From positions 32,001 through 96,000 of IMG/VR virus record IMGVR_UViG_3300019776_000919: a stretch of 64,000 nt of DNA, one strand, 5' to 3'. A program made the translations under genes and the position numbers. This document shows positions 57,073 through 64,000 of this stretch, piece by piece (the first letter of the stretch is position 1; each line of letters opens with the position of its first letter). The notes under the pieces were generated by a model, which searched no databases, had not been told where the DNA came from, and worked only from the letters and a program-made list of their open reading frames with translations. The DNA is from a virus.

Positions 57073-57474
57073 TTATTGGAGTTTTATCGGATTTATCTCC
57101 GGGTTGTTGAACACCCAAAGGTCCAACGCTTTTCTCAAAGTGTCACCTTGAATGCGAGTCAGGGACTTGTCCTTGAGAGGGATCAGTTCCAGTGCAATGC
57201 CATAGCTATCAAGGACATGACCGACCTTGATGATCGTCTTGAAGAATTGGTCCAGGCCAACTCCCAGGTCGACGCACAGCATCATTGCCTGGTTGAAGTC
57301 AAGGGTCAATTCTCCCCGCTCGTAACGAGAGTAATGCTTTTCGCTTACTTTCAGCGATCCGCACACCTCGGCTCTGGTGGCTTTGCGAAGCTCACGGTAT
57401 TTCCGAAGCACCAGCCCGACAATTTCGGGAAAAATGACGTAGAGATTGTTGCTCATTTCAACCTCCGAAAGCAA
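57073..57474 (-). CDS. XRE-family HTH protein
   Basis: LRKYRELRKATRAEV...YSRYERGE; real start may be MSNN. Confidence 0.8.
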   Translation of the reverse strand: MLSEVEMSNNLYVIFPEIVGLVLRKYRELRKATRAEVCGSLKVSEKHYSRYERGELTLDFNQAMMLCVDLGVGLDQFFKTIIKVGHVLDSYGIALELIPLKDKSLTRIQGDTLRKALDLWVFNNPEINPIKLQ

Positions 57475-57847
57475 TGGCTGTGTGTTCGTTATCCAATTGG
57501 ATAACTTTGTCCTTGATAAGATCTTTCAAGGCTTTACCACGGAGTTGGATTCCGGAAAGTTCCTCTTTCTCCACTTCAACTTCAATCCCCTTGTCGAAAA
57601 GGAAACACTCGACGCCGGACGTAATTTGAAAGAAGTCTTCCATCTGAACGTCCAGATGGGTGAGCGTCAGGTAGAGATTGGTGACGCTCATCGGTACTTC
57701 ACCAGTTTCGTAGCGGGAGTAAGTAGAGACCGAAACCTTCGTTTCGGCGGCTACTCCGGTCTGAAGGAGATTTCTCCGTTTGCGGAGCTGCTCGATAATA
57801 GTGCCGACGAGAACGTCGTACGTACAGAAAACTTCGGTCATTTGCAT
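57458..57847 (-). CDS. XRE-family HTH protein (paralog of neighbour)
   Basis: LRKRRNLLQTGVA...STYSRYETGE; shares I-x-L-x-G-x-x-L-type C-terminus. Confidence 0.8.
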   Translation of the reverse strand: MQMTEVFCTYDVLVGTIIEQLRKRRNLLQTGVAAETKVSVSTYSRYETGEVPMSVTNLYLTLTHLDVQMEDFFQITSGVECFLFDKGIEVEVEKEELSGIQLRGKALKDLIKDKVIQLDNEHTAIAFGG

Positions 57848-57923
57848 ACCCTCATATGCGGTTTAGAAGGAATATCCCTTCATACTATTCTTATACCATA
57901 TTGCAATGTAAGAATTGACTAAA
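57842..57923 (-). repeat. 82-bp promoter/leader/RBS cassette, copy 2
   Basis: Direct repeat of 56332-56413. Confidence 0.9.
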
Positions 57924-57929
57924 GTAAGC

Positions 57930-57955
57930 TAAAAACAAGGGGTTTAGCCTTGTTT
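57930..57955 (-). terminator. Rho-independent terminator immediately 3' of the structured RNA
   Basis: AAACAAGG-GGTTTAG-CCTTGTTT with A-tract. Confidence 0.7.
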
Positions 57956-58446
57956 GCTGCCGTTAGGCAGATCGTGAAGAACCCTTGCAACCCTAGGGAT
58001 GGTTAGTCTTAAGTCGAAAAGTCGGAACGCAGGTAGTCGGTAAATCGGATAATCGAAACGTCTGAATTCGGAAATTCGGAGTACCGATAATCCACCCAGT
58101 TATAGCCAGGCGGATGTGTTGTTTCCAATAAATAAGGTTTGCTTTACCGATGCAAATTTGGCACCTAACGATGGTGCCCCGACAATGTAGCTGCGCAACT
58201 ACTCGTGATAGGCTCACGGTGGCCTTCCTAGTCGCATTGCAAAGGTTCTTTTTATTAAGTATTACACGTATATATAGAATGTACAGCCAATAAGGCGAAC
58301 TTCTTAGCGCTACCTAAGTTTCATGCTTCTTATTATAACTAATACATTCCTCAACTAGATGGAGTCCCTACGCAGGCTCTGTCCTTTTCAGGGAGCGTAA
58401 GTATCCATTACGTGAATACTTAATTCACGATCTGCCTAACGGCAGC
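57956..58446 (-). ncRNA. Candidate ~490-nt structured RNA (or MITE-like element) with a 23-bp closing stem and short-repeat array
   Basis: Perfect 23-bp inverted repeat 57956-57978/58424-58446; nested stems 57978-57990/58237-58249 and 58255-58270/58409-58423; nine 7-8-nt repeats at 58005-58080. Confidence 0.7.
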
Positions 58447-58456
58447 TGTTTCAAGG

Positions 58457-59146
58457 TTAGTTGAAACGAACGGTCAGCGGGATTGCTGCATACTCCGGCT
58501 GGATCGGAATGTAGATCGTATTGACCTGTTCCAGATTCAGGTTGAGTTCAATGGCCCAGTTTGCCTGTTGGATTGCAGCGTCCGCTTCACGCAGGCAGTC
58601 CGAAGCAAAGCGCAAGGCCTTGACGGCACCGATCACGTCGAACGGCGTGTAGGTGAAATTCCAAACGTCTTCTGAACCACCCTCCTCTCCGGGTCGGGTA
58701 ATCCGGCCGGATTGAGGGACACGGCTGATGCCAACCACCTGCTCACCGCTGTTGGGACGGGAGGTCATTTCCGTCAACAGACGGACCTTGATCTGCAGCT
58801 TCTTGCGCAAGAGCAGCAGCTGACCCAGGGTGATCGAAACCTTGTTCTGATTCGGAGTTTCAGGGTAGCTGTTCGAAAGCAGGTATTCGGGGACCTGCAG
58901 GGTCGTCGAGGCGTTGGCCGTTTGGATGGCCAGATCCAGGGCCGTGATTGCGTTCAAGATGTAGTCTTGAGAACGCAGGGCGCTTTCAACGGTCTCGACG
59001 TGAACTCGCTGAAAAACTTCAGCGGTAACGTTTGCCCCGAGGGCGGTGCTGATCCTCTGCGGCTTCGGCGTCAGGTGAGCCGTGCTCAGCATCGTGACCT
59101 TCACGTTCATTTCCTTGCGTATGGTCAAAGCTTCAGCGAGTTTCAT
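58457..59146 (-). CDS. DIP1984/DUF6847-like helical protein
   Basis: MKLAEAL-x-x-R start, internal TL-x-Q-x-L-x-x-R repeat, I-x-x-AN twice, C-terminal AIQQANWAIEL; family recognised from memory. Confidence 0.65.
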   Translation of the reverse strand: MKLAEALTIRKEMNVKVTMLSTAHLTPKPQRISTALGANVTAEVFQRVHVETVESALRSQDYILNAITALDLAIQTANASTTLQVPEYLLSNSYPETPNQNKVSITLGQLLLLRKKLQIKVRLLTEMTSRPNSGEQVVGISRVPQSGRITRPGEEGGSEDVWNFTYTPFDVIGAVKALRFASDCLREADAAIQQANWAIELNLNLEQVNTIYIPIQPEYAAIPLTVRFN

Positions 59147-59192
59147 TTCAGTTCTTTCAGTCGGGTTGAAATAGTCGGATTGGATTTGCAGT

Positions 59193-59711
59193 TTACGACC
59201 GCAGGCGTTTCATGCATCGATCAAGTGCTTCTCCATCGATAACCCCTATGGAGAAGAAATCCTTGGGGTCAAGGGTTAGTGACCACCGATCTTGGCAATC
59301 CATTGTGGTTGCCGTGAAAGGGACGGTATTGATCACCACCACGAAAGGGTAACTTCCTTTTGAACCACGGATCATTTCACCACCAAATTTCTTGACGATG
59401 TCACCGACCTTCAAGGTGACTCCCGTCCTGACCGTCTCTTTACGGACTTCAGGGGTGGGCGAAGTCATTCGAGGTATCAACGGCTCCGCAATCAGCGGTT
59501 GAAAACCCAACCCAACTTGCAGGGTAGGGATTTCTTGCGTTGCCGATTTTTTGGTTTCCACCTGAATCAACTTGGGACCCGAATCTTGTTTCGGCAATTG
59601 ATTCGGCATCCGGAAAGGAGGAGCTGATTTTTCAATCGGCAAATTTCCAATCCCCGTTACCAACGAAGGAGGAGTGGTTTGAATCTGGAAATCAGACATA
59701 GCGTGTAACAC
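59193..59711 (-). CDS. Hypothetical protein
   Basis: Pro-rich N-terminus, SH3-like LKVGDIV domain; start probably MSDFQ. Confidence 0.55.
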   Translation of the reverse strand: MLHAMSDFQIQTTPPSLVTGIGNLPIEKSAPPFRMPNQLPKQDSGPKLIQVETKKSATQEIPTLQVGLGFQPLIAEPLIPRMTSPTPEVRKETVRTGVTLKVGDIVKKFGGEMIRGSKGSYPFVVVINTVPFTATTMDCQDRWSLTLDPKDFFSIGVIDGEALDRCMKRLRS

Positions 59712-59731
59712 CTATTTGTTCAAGTTGGTAA

Positions 59732-60280
59732 TGGTAGGCCGTGTTGGATTCGAACCAACGACCAAAGGATTCGTACCACTTCGACTTTCGCCGCCGTCTT
59801 TCGACGTTCGTGGTCTGGACTATGTCTTGACCATACTACCGTCGCAGGTTAGGTCCGTGCTGTTTAGTCTCTACACCTTTCGCCTTAGGGGAGGCGACTT
59901 GGCTCGGCATTAGCTTGGAATTGTATGAACACGTCAGGAGTTCAGGAAAGGGCGCACCACAATCCTTCAGTCCATGATCACTATTCATGCCCTTCTTTAG
60001 CTTTCGCCGAATTTAACACGATTCATCCCAAATCTCACAGTAGTTCGCATTGCATCGGATTAACCTATCCTCTGAGGGGAGGATGATTGAATTATGCCTT
60101 GTGAGCATATCAATTTATTTGCAATGTTACTATACCGGCTTTTGATTTAGTTTATACGCCTTTCGGTTGAGTCGTTACGCCATCCGGGCTGATGACTACC
60201 GCTCATTTTTCGTAGATGCACAATACTGAAAATGAGATTTACTATGAGTCCTCTGCTCTAACCATCTGAGCTAACGGCCC
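59732..60280 (-). tRNA. tRNA-Ile2(CAU), interrupted by a group I intron; exons 60280-60244 and 59771-59732
   Basis: Spliced product GGGCCGTTAGCTCAGATGGTTAGAGCAGAGGACTCAT|AATCCTTTGGTCGTTGGTTCGAATCCAACACGGCCTACCA folds as a cloverleaf; resembles Ile2 rather than Met. Confidence 0.9.
59772..60243 (-). mobile_element. Group I intron (IC3, Azoarcus-like), 472 nt, no ORF
   Basis: Core GUUAAAUUCGGCGAAA, GCUAAUGCCGAGCCAAG, AAGGUGUAGAGACUA, GACAUAGUCCAG, GGCGAAAGUC; P1 CUCAU|AGUA:UACUGUGAG; terminal G. Confidence 0.92.
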
Positions 60281-60522
60281 ACTGCCAACTTTTTAAAGCA
60301 TAAAGCAATGTACAGATTTCTCTGTACTATTCTTATACCATGTTGTAATACGATTATTGAATTACTAAAGAGATCTCAGTTTGTATTTGTCATTCCTTCG
60401 GTATACAGTCTCTAACCACACCCAATGCACAACGTCTTCATTGTATTGATTTTGAGTAGTGACTAAAACCGGATACCAAGCAAACCAATTCTTCCATCCG
60501 TGGTCAGGTATGATTCTGATTC

Positions 60523-61050
60523 TCATCGTTTAAATTTTGCCCGTGTGAAGATTAAAGCCGCCAAAGCAATGCCGAGTAAGAACATGGATCCGGGTTCAGG
60601 GACCTTGTTAGTTAATACTAGAATTTCTTTTTCCTGACTACGTTCCTCAGGGATGGGGTCCGGGATTTTGAACTCAGTTCGTTGATGTCTGTCAATTAAA
60701 GAAATGTTGTTGCAAACAGTAGGGATTATTACACACACTTTCGGGGTGCAATAAACCAGGCCTCGTTCAACCCTGGCAGGCTCCCAGTTCATTTTGACAT
60801 TTCGACAAATCTTATTTCTACCAAAAGCCATGTAGCGAAGATTGTCATATTTGTAGTAAAAGCCCTCAATACCCTTTTGAGTAATGGTTGCCATCTCTAC
60901 ATAGTCTTTTTTTTCAACTAGAGTGGTTAGCTTTCGCTTATCCTCTATGTCAATGGGTAAACGATAAATTGCATCACCTAAATTTCCGCCGCCGTTCCGA
61001 AACGAATCCAATCCTGGATTTGTCCAATCGCAATTGTCCAGAAATATCAC
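60523..61050 (-). CDS. PEP-CTERM sorting-domain protein (MHFG-family-like)
   Basis: C-terminal VPEPGS + TM helix + basic tail; C-x-W-x-x-PG, MAFG, ERGLVYC, PTVC-x-N. Confidence 0.8.
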   Translation of the reverse strand: MIFLDNCDWTNPGLDSFRNGGGNLGDAIYRLPIDIEDKRKLTTLVEKKDYVEMATITQKGIEGFYYKYDNLRYMAFGRNKICRNVKMNWEPARVERGLVYCTPKVCVIIPTVCNNISLIDRHQRTEFKIPDPIPEERSQEKEILVLTNKVPEPGSMFLLGIALAALIFTRAKFKR

Positions 61051-61442
61051 TTCTTGACTCCATCAGTTTTAAAGTCATCTTTCTTGATGTTGTATTTTTC
61101 TAATTCTGTGTCAAGAATAATATTTGCTTTCTTTCTAAGCAAACTAATGATTTTCTCTACTTCAGGAGACTCTGCAGCTTTAAGAGCATAATGAGCACCG
61201 ACCAAGTATGCAGTTTGTGTTTTATCAGGTAGGGCTACATTGGCAATAATGAAAAATAAAGAAAGAAGCGGCATTAACCTATTACCTTTCATAAAAGGGA
61301 ACTTGGTGCCAGTGTCGTTTACAGGGTCTAAAGTGAAAATAGTGATTATCAAAGCCACTATACCAGTGGCAATTGCTGCTACGGCTAAGAAGCTTCTGAA
61401 AGCATCCAGTTTTAACCAAAGATAAAGAATGAAAAGTTCCAT
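61047..61442 (-). CDS. Phage membrane protein
   Basis: LYLWLKLD, two TM segments, P-x-K-x-x-x-x-Y motif. Confidence 0.6.
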   Translation of the reverse strand: MELFILYLWLKLDAFRSFLAVAAIATGIVALIITIFTLDPVNDTGTKFPFMKGNRLMPLLSLFFIIANVALPDKTQTAYLVGAHYALKAAESPEVEKIISLLRKKANIILDTELEKYNIKKDDFKTDGVKK

Positions 61443-61477
61443 GATTTGTTTCTTAAAGTTAGGTTAAAGTTCAAAAT

Positions 61478-61708
61478 TTAAACTGGTCTATCGTAATTGT
61501 AAAGATCATAATCCCAATACCTATTTTTATTATAGGGATCATCCTGATGCATTTTTAAACATTCCGGATGCATTTTATTTGTCCCTGCATCCCCTTCGTA
61601 ATAACTACGCCAACGTTTATATTCGTGATTAATCTGAATTTGTTGGCCACAGCTATGGCAAATGTGTATTTTCCTAGCTTTATGAGTTTCTATTTCTGTA
61701 CAATGCAT
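61478..61708 (-). CDS. Small zinc-finger protein
   Basis: KARK-x-H-x-C-x-x-C...H-x-x-C. Confidence 0.6.
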   Translation of the reverse strand: MHCTEIETHKARKIHICHSCGQQIQINHEYKRWRSYYEGDAGTNKMHPECLKMHQDDPYNKNRYWDYDLYNYDRPV

Positions 61709-61917
61709 GCGTCGGATTTTTTAACGTTTAACTTATCTGCAGGGTAACCCTGAAGTATATCAATACACACCCAACCCACAATACATATATACGCAATTAG
61801 CTGAAACCAATTAAAAAAATTCAGTTTAGGATTCTTGTATGAGAAAGCCTTTAATAGATTGTATTGCAAATTTCCTAGCAAAATGCCTACGATAAAGTAA
61901 GAAAATGAAAATGACAT
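61690..61917 (-). CDS. Small membrane protein
   Basis: Two hydrophobic segments, AGGA RBS. Confidence 0.45.
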   Translation of the reverse strand: MSFSFSYFIVGILLGNLQYNLLKAFSYKNPKLNFFNWFQLIAYICIVGWVCIDILQGYPADKLNVKKSDACIVQK

Positions 61918-62001
61918 GAATCTTCCTTTAAGGGGTTAAATCGAAAAATAAAACTAAGTAAAGCTAAAGTCTACTTAGGATTTAGAGATGGGGGCGGATG
62001 G

Positions 62002-62078
62002 TGGTGCCGACTATCCGAATCGAACGGATGACCTACCGCTTACAAGGCGGTTGCTCTACCGGGCTGAGCTAAGTCGGC
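62002..62078 (-). tRNA. tRNA-Thr(UGU)
   Basis: GCCGACT...ACCGC-CT-TGT-AA-GCGGT...AGTCGGC-A-CCA. Confidence 0.95.
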
Positions 62079-62126
62079 GTGTTCCGTATTTTAAATTGAT
62101 ACTGCTTTAAAGTCAACAACATCAAT

Positions 62127-62513
62127 TTAAATTCGTTTAACTGGGAAGGTATATATTACGTACGGTTTTTTGTTGGAAAAAGTGGCAAGTATCGAATCAA
62201 CTTCGTCTTTGGCGTATCCTAGAGCCCCGTACGTCTTTCTAGCCGTAGGCATAGAGGTGGGGTCATAAAGACGCTTTAAAACGTTGTTAAGTCTAGATAT
62301 CGGAGTAATCCTTGTATGTATGCGGCGCTTTTCAAACCGCATAGAAGCAATCTTTTTATGATAACGCTTCGATTCCAAATTTTCTTTGCGAATATAGCTC
62401 TTAATGGAGGGGGTTATTCCATCAAGCGTCCATTCGTACGGATGACTTCTACTTCCGTTATTCACAACTCTGATCAAAAACCCCCTGTGGCGGAAAAGCA
62501 AAATGGGTTTCAT
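62127..62513 (-). CDS. Hypothetical basic protein
   Basis: 128-aa ORF. Confidence 0.5.
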   Translation of the reverse strand: MKPILLFRHRGFLIRVVNNGSRSHPYEWTLDGITPSIKSYIRKENLESKRYHKKIASMRFEKRRIHTRITPISRLNNVLKRLYDPTSMPTARKTYGALGYAKDEVDSILATFSNKKPYVIYTFPVKRI

Positions 62514-62514
62514 T

Positions 62515-62829
62515 TCAATCCCTGATTGTCAAGAGTTTTTTTGTCATATCCTCCGCCATTTTCTTACCCCCGTGTTTATCAGGGTGGCAAAGCATAATCA
62601 ACCTCTTTATATCTTCTTGAGAGAAGGGATTCTTAGTATTCGTTCTTTTTTGCAGTTCCGAAATGATAAATTTCATTTCTCTTATCAAATCCTCTTGGTG
62701 ATCAAGTTTGTGATGTTGTTGATGGACAAGTTCTGACAGAGATGTGGATTTATGCATAGATGCCCACAATAAAACAACTAATACTATTACCACTGCAATC
62801 AACAGGGTAATTGCCAATTGGGCGGTCAT
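62515..62829 (-). CDS. Membrane-anchored protein with a partial J-domain (HPD motif)
   Basis: N-terminal TM, coiled coil, IKRLIMLCHPDKHGG. Confidence 0.6.
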   Translation of the reverse strand: MTAQLAITLLIAVVIVLVVLLWASMHKSTSLSELVHQQHHKLDHQEDLIREMKFIISELQKRTNTKNPFSQEDIKRLIMLCHPDKHGGKKMAEDMTKKLLTIRD

Positions 62830-62886
62830 ATTTGTATATCCATTTAATCAAGTCAAAAAAATAAAGCCTAGAATTAACGTAGGCTT

Positions 62887-63144
62887 TTATGAGAAGGATT
62901 GATTCTCAGATTTACTGAGTATTGCAGATGGTGAAAATTTGTAAGAAAAAGCCATCTCTGGTGGATTTTCGTATTTCTTTACAAATTTCTCCGCAAGCTC
63001 TTGATTGGGAAAATACCTAATCAAGACTTCAGCGTTTTGATAATCCCACCCTCCGGGTATATACCAATAACTGACAGCGTGGGTTGTTTCTACGGAGGGT
63101 TCCAGAGTGCCGCCAAAACTGAATATTTCAATATGGTTTGACAA
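62887..63144 (-). CDS. Hypothetical protein
   Basis: 85-aa ORF. Confidence 0.4.
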   Translation of the reverse strand: MSNHIEIFSFGGTLEPSVETTHAVSYWYIPGGWDYQNAEVLIRYFPNQELAEKFVKKYENPPEMAFSYKFSPSAILSKSENQSFS

Positions 63145-63178
63145 TTACCACACCCTTAAAGATAACTGACGGTGTATT

Positions 63179-63254
63179 TGGTGGATCCTGACGGGCTCGA
63201 ACCGCCGACCTATGCCTTGTAAGGGCACCGCTCTACCAACTGAGCTAAGGATCC
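63179..63254 (-). tRNA. tRNA-Val(UAC)
   Basis: GGATCCT...GTGCC-CT-TAC-AA-GGCAT...AGGATCC-A-CCA. Confidence 0.95.
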
Positions 63255-63269
63255 ATATTCGTATTATAA

Positions 63270-63518
63270 CTACAATTCTTCTCGATTGGAATACTTGTAG
63301 TTTTTCCGCAACAGTTTGCAGATTGTTTCAAAGGCTTGTTTTGCCCAGACCATGTTCAGGACTGGGGTGATGCTGATCACGATAACTGCAATCGTTGCAA
63401 AAATGATTTGGCCATCCGAGAGGTAGTATCCCTCTTTCGTCGGGACAATCAATTTCAGCCCCAATAGGCAAAGGCACAGGATCACTGCGCCTTCATATGC
63501 GATTTTCAAAATCTCCAT
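63270..63518 (-). CDS. Small membrane protein
   Basis: GAGGGG RBS, two TM segments, PVLN motif. Confidence 0.55.
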   Translation of the reverse strand: MEILKIAYEGAVILCLCLLGLKLIVPTKEGYYLSDGQIIFATIAVIVISITPVLNMVWAKQAFETICKLLRKNYKYSNREEL

Positions 63519-63530
63519 GATCCCCTCGTT

Positions 63531-63743
63531 TCAGTTGAGTTTCTTGAGATGACCTTCCGCAATGCCCAGGTCCAGCCGAGTCAACGGCTTACCCCGAGAG
63601 CGAATTTCCAGGCTTTTGACATCCTTGGAATTGTCCAAAGTTTCAAGAAGCAGGACCAGATTTTCAAGTCTGGATGGAGTATACAACTCCACCGAAGTGG
63701 GGCCGATGCAACCCTCATAGAGAGTGATTTTGATAGCAAGCAT
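63531..63743 (-). CDS. Hypothetical protein
   Basis: First gene after the promoter at 63779. Confidence 0.5.
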   Translation of the reverse strand: MLAIKITLYEGCIGPTSVELYTPSRLENLVLLLETLDNSKDVKSLEIRSRGKPLTRLDLGIAEGHLKKLN

Positions 63744-63789
63744 TCCTTTATTCCCTCAATAAAGTTCTTCCTACTATACTTATACCATA

Positions 63790-63990
63790 TTACAACTTAA
63801 AGTTGAATAACTTAGCCAGTAAACCTCGTCGCTCCGTGCTAGACTTTTGGCGAAATTCTTTAAGAGTCTTGGCTAAAAACTTGAACTCTTCATCGGAAGG
63901 TCCGAGTTTCAAAAACTCATACATGGCAAGAGTTATTTGTATCTCTTCACCGGGTTTAGGATTACTGTTTTCGCTCATTGATTTATTCAC
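63790..63990 (-). CDS. Hypothetical protein
   Basis: 66-aa ORF at the window edge. Confidence 0.4.
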   Translation of the reverse strand: MNKSMSENSNPKPGEEIQITLAMYEFLKLGPSDEEFKFLAKTLKEFRQKSSTERRGLLAKLFNFKL

Positions 63991-64000
63991 TTTCAGGTTG

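Noticed and set aside
58005-58080. CRISPR array or ToxI-like antitoxin repeats
   Set aside because: Units are only 7-8 nt with no spacers; no cas operon in the window.
57993-58217. 74-aa ORF inside the structured element
   Set aside because: GTG start without a clear RBS; the 7-8-nt repeat period is not codon-compatible; better explained as RNA structure.
59716-59913. 65-aa + strand ORF
   Set aside because: Antisense translation of the tRNA 3' exon and intron core.
60185-60240. Hammerhead ribozyme (CTGATGA at 60189-60195)
   Set aside because: Antisense to the intron, and the putative stem II is not followed directly by GAAA.

Overview
64 kb segment of a large, AT-rich tailed dsDNA phage (myovirus-like). 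The host is probably a Betaproteobacterium, inferred from an Azoarcus-type tRNA intron and an MHFG-type PEP-CTERM protein. 1-6.4 kb (+): baseplate, tail-fibre and holin genes. 6.4-7.0 kb: a ~560-bp inverted-repeat element, origin-like. 7.2-64 kb (mostly -): nucleotide metabolism (tmk, nrdAB, dCMP deaminase, dut), RuvC-like resolvase, PAAR, a Pnkp-Hen1 RNA-repair pair, HU, primase-helicase, PD-(D/E)XK nuclease, DinG-like helicase, a phage sigma factor, nine tRNAs and many small accessory ORFs behind a repeated TCAA-N15/16-TGGTATAAG promoter. The family A DNA polymerase is split over two genes and carries two ORF-less group I introns. Most notable are RNA elements the ORF track misses: (i) a ~490-nt multi-stem RNA with a 7-8-nt repeat array directly behind a DIP1984-like ('MKLAEAL') gene; (ii) a 472-nt group I intron in tRNA-Ile2(CAU) with a ~200-nt L1 insertion and a competing helix over the IGS; (iii) a ~1.1-kb hairpin-dense non-coding region with a duplicated, covarying module. 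There is also a Csx20-like candidate ring nuclease. All family assignments come from motif recognition by eye; no database searches or folding programs were run.
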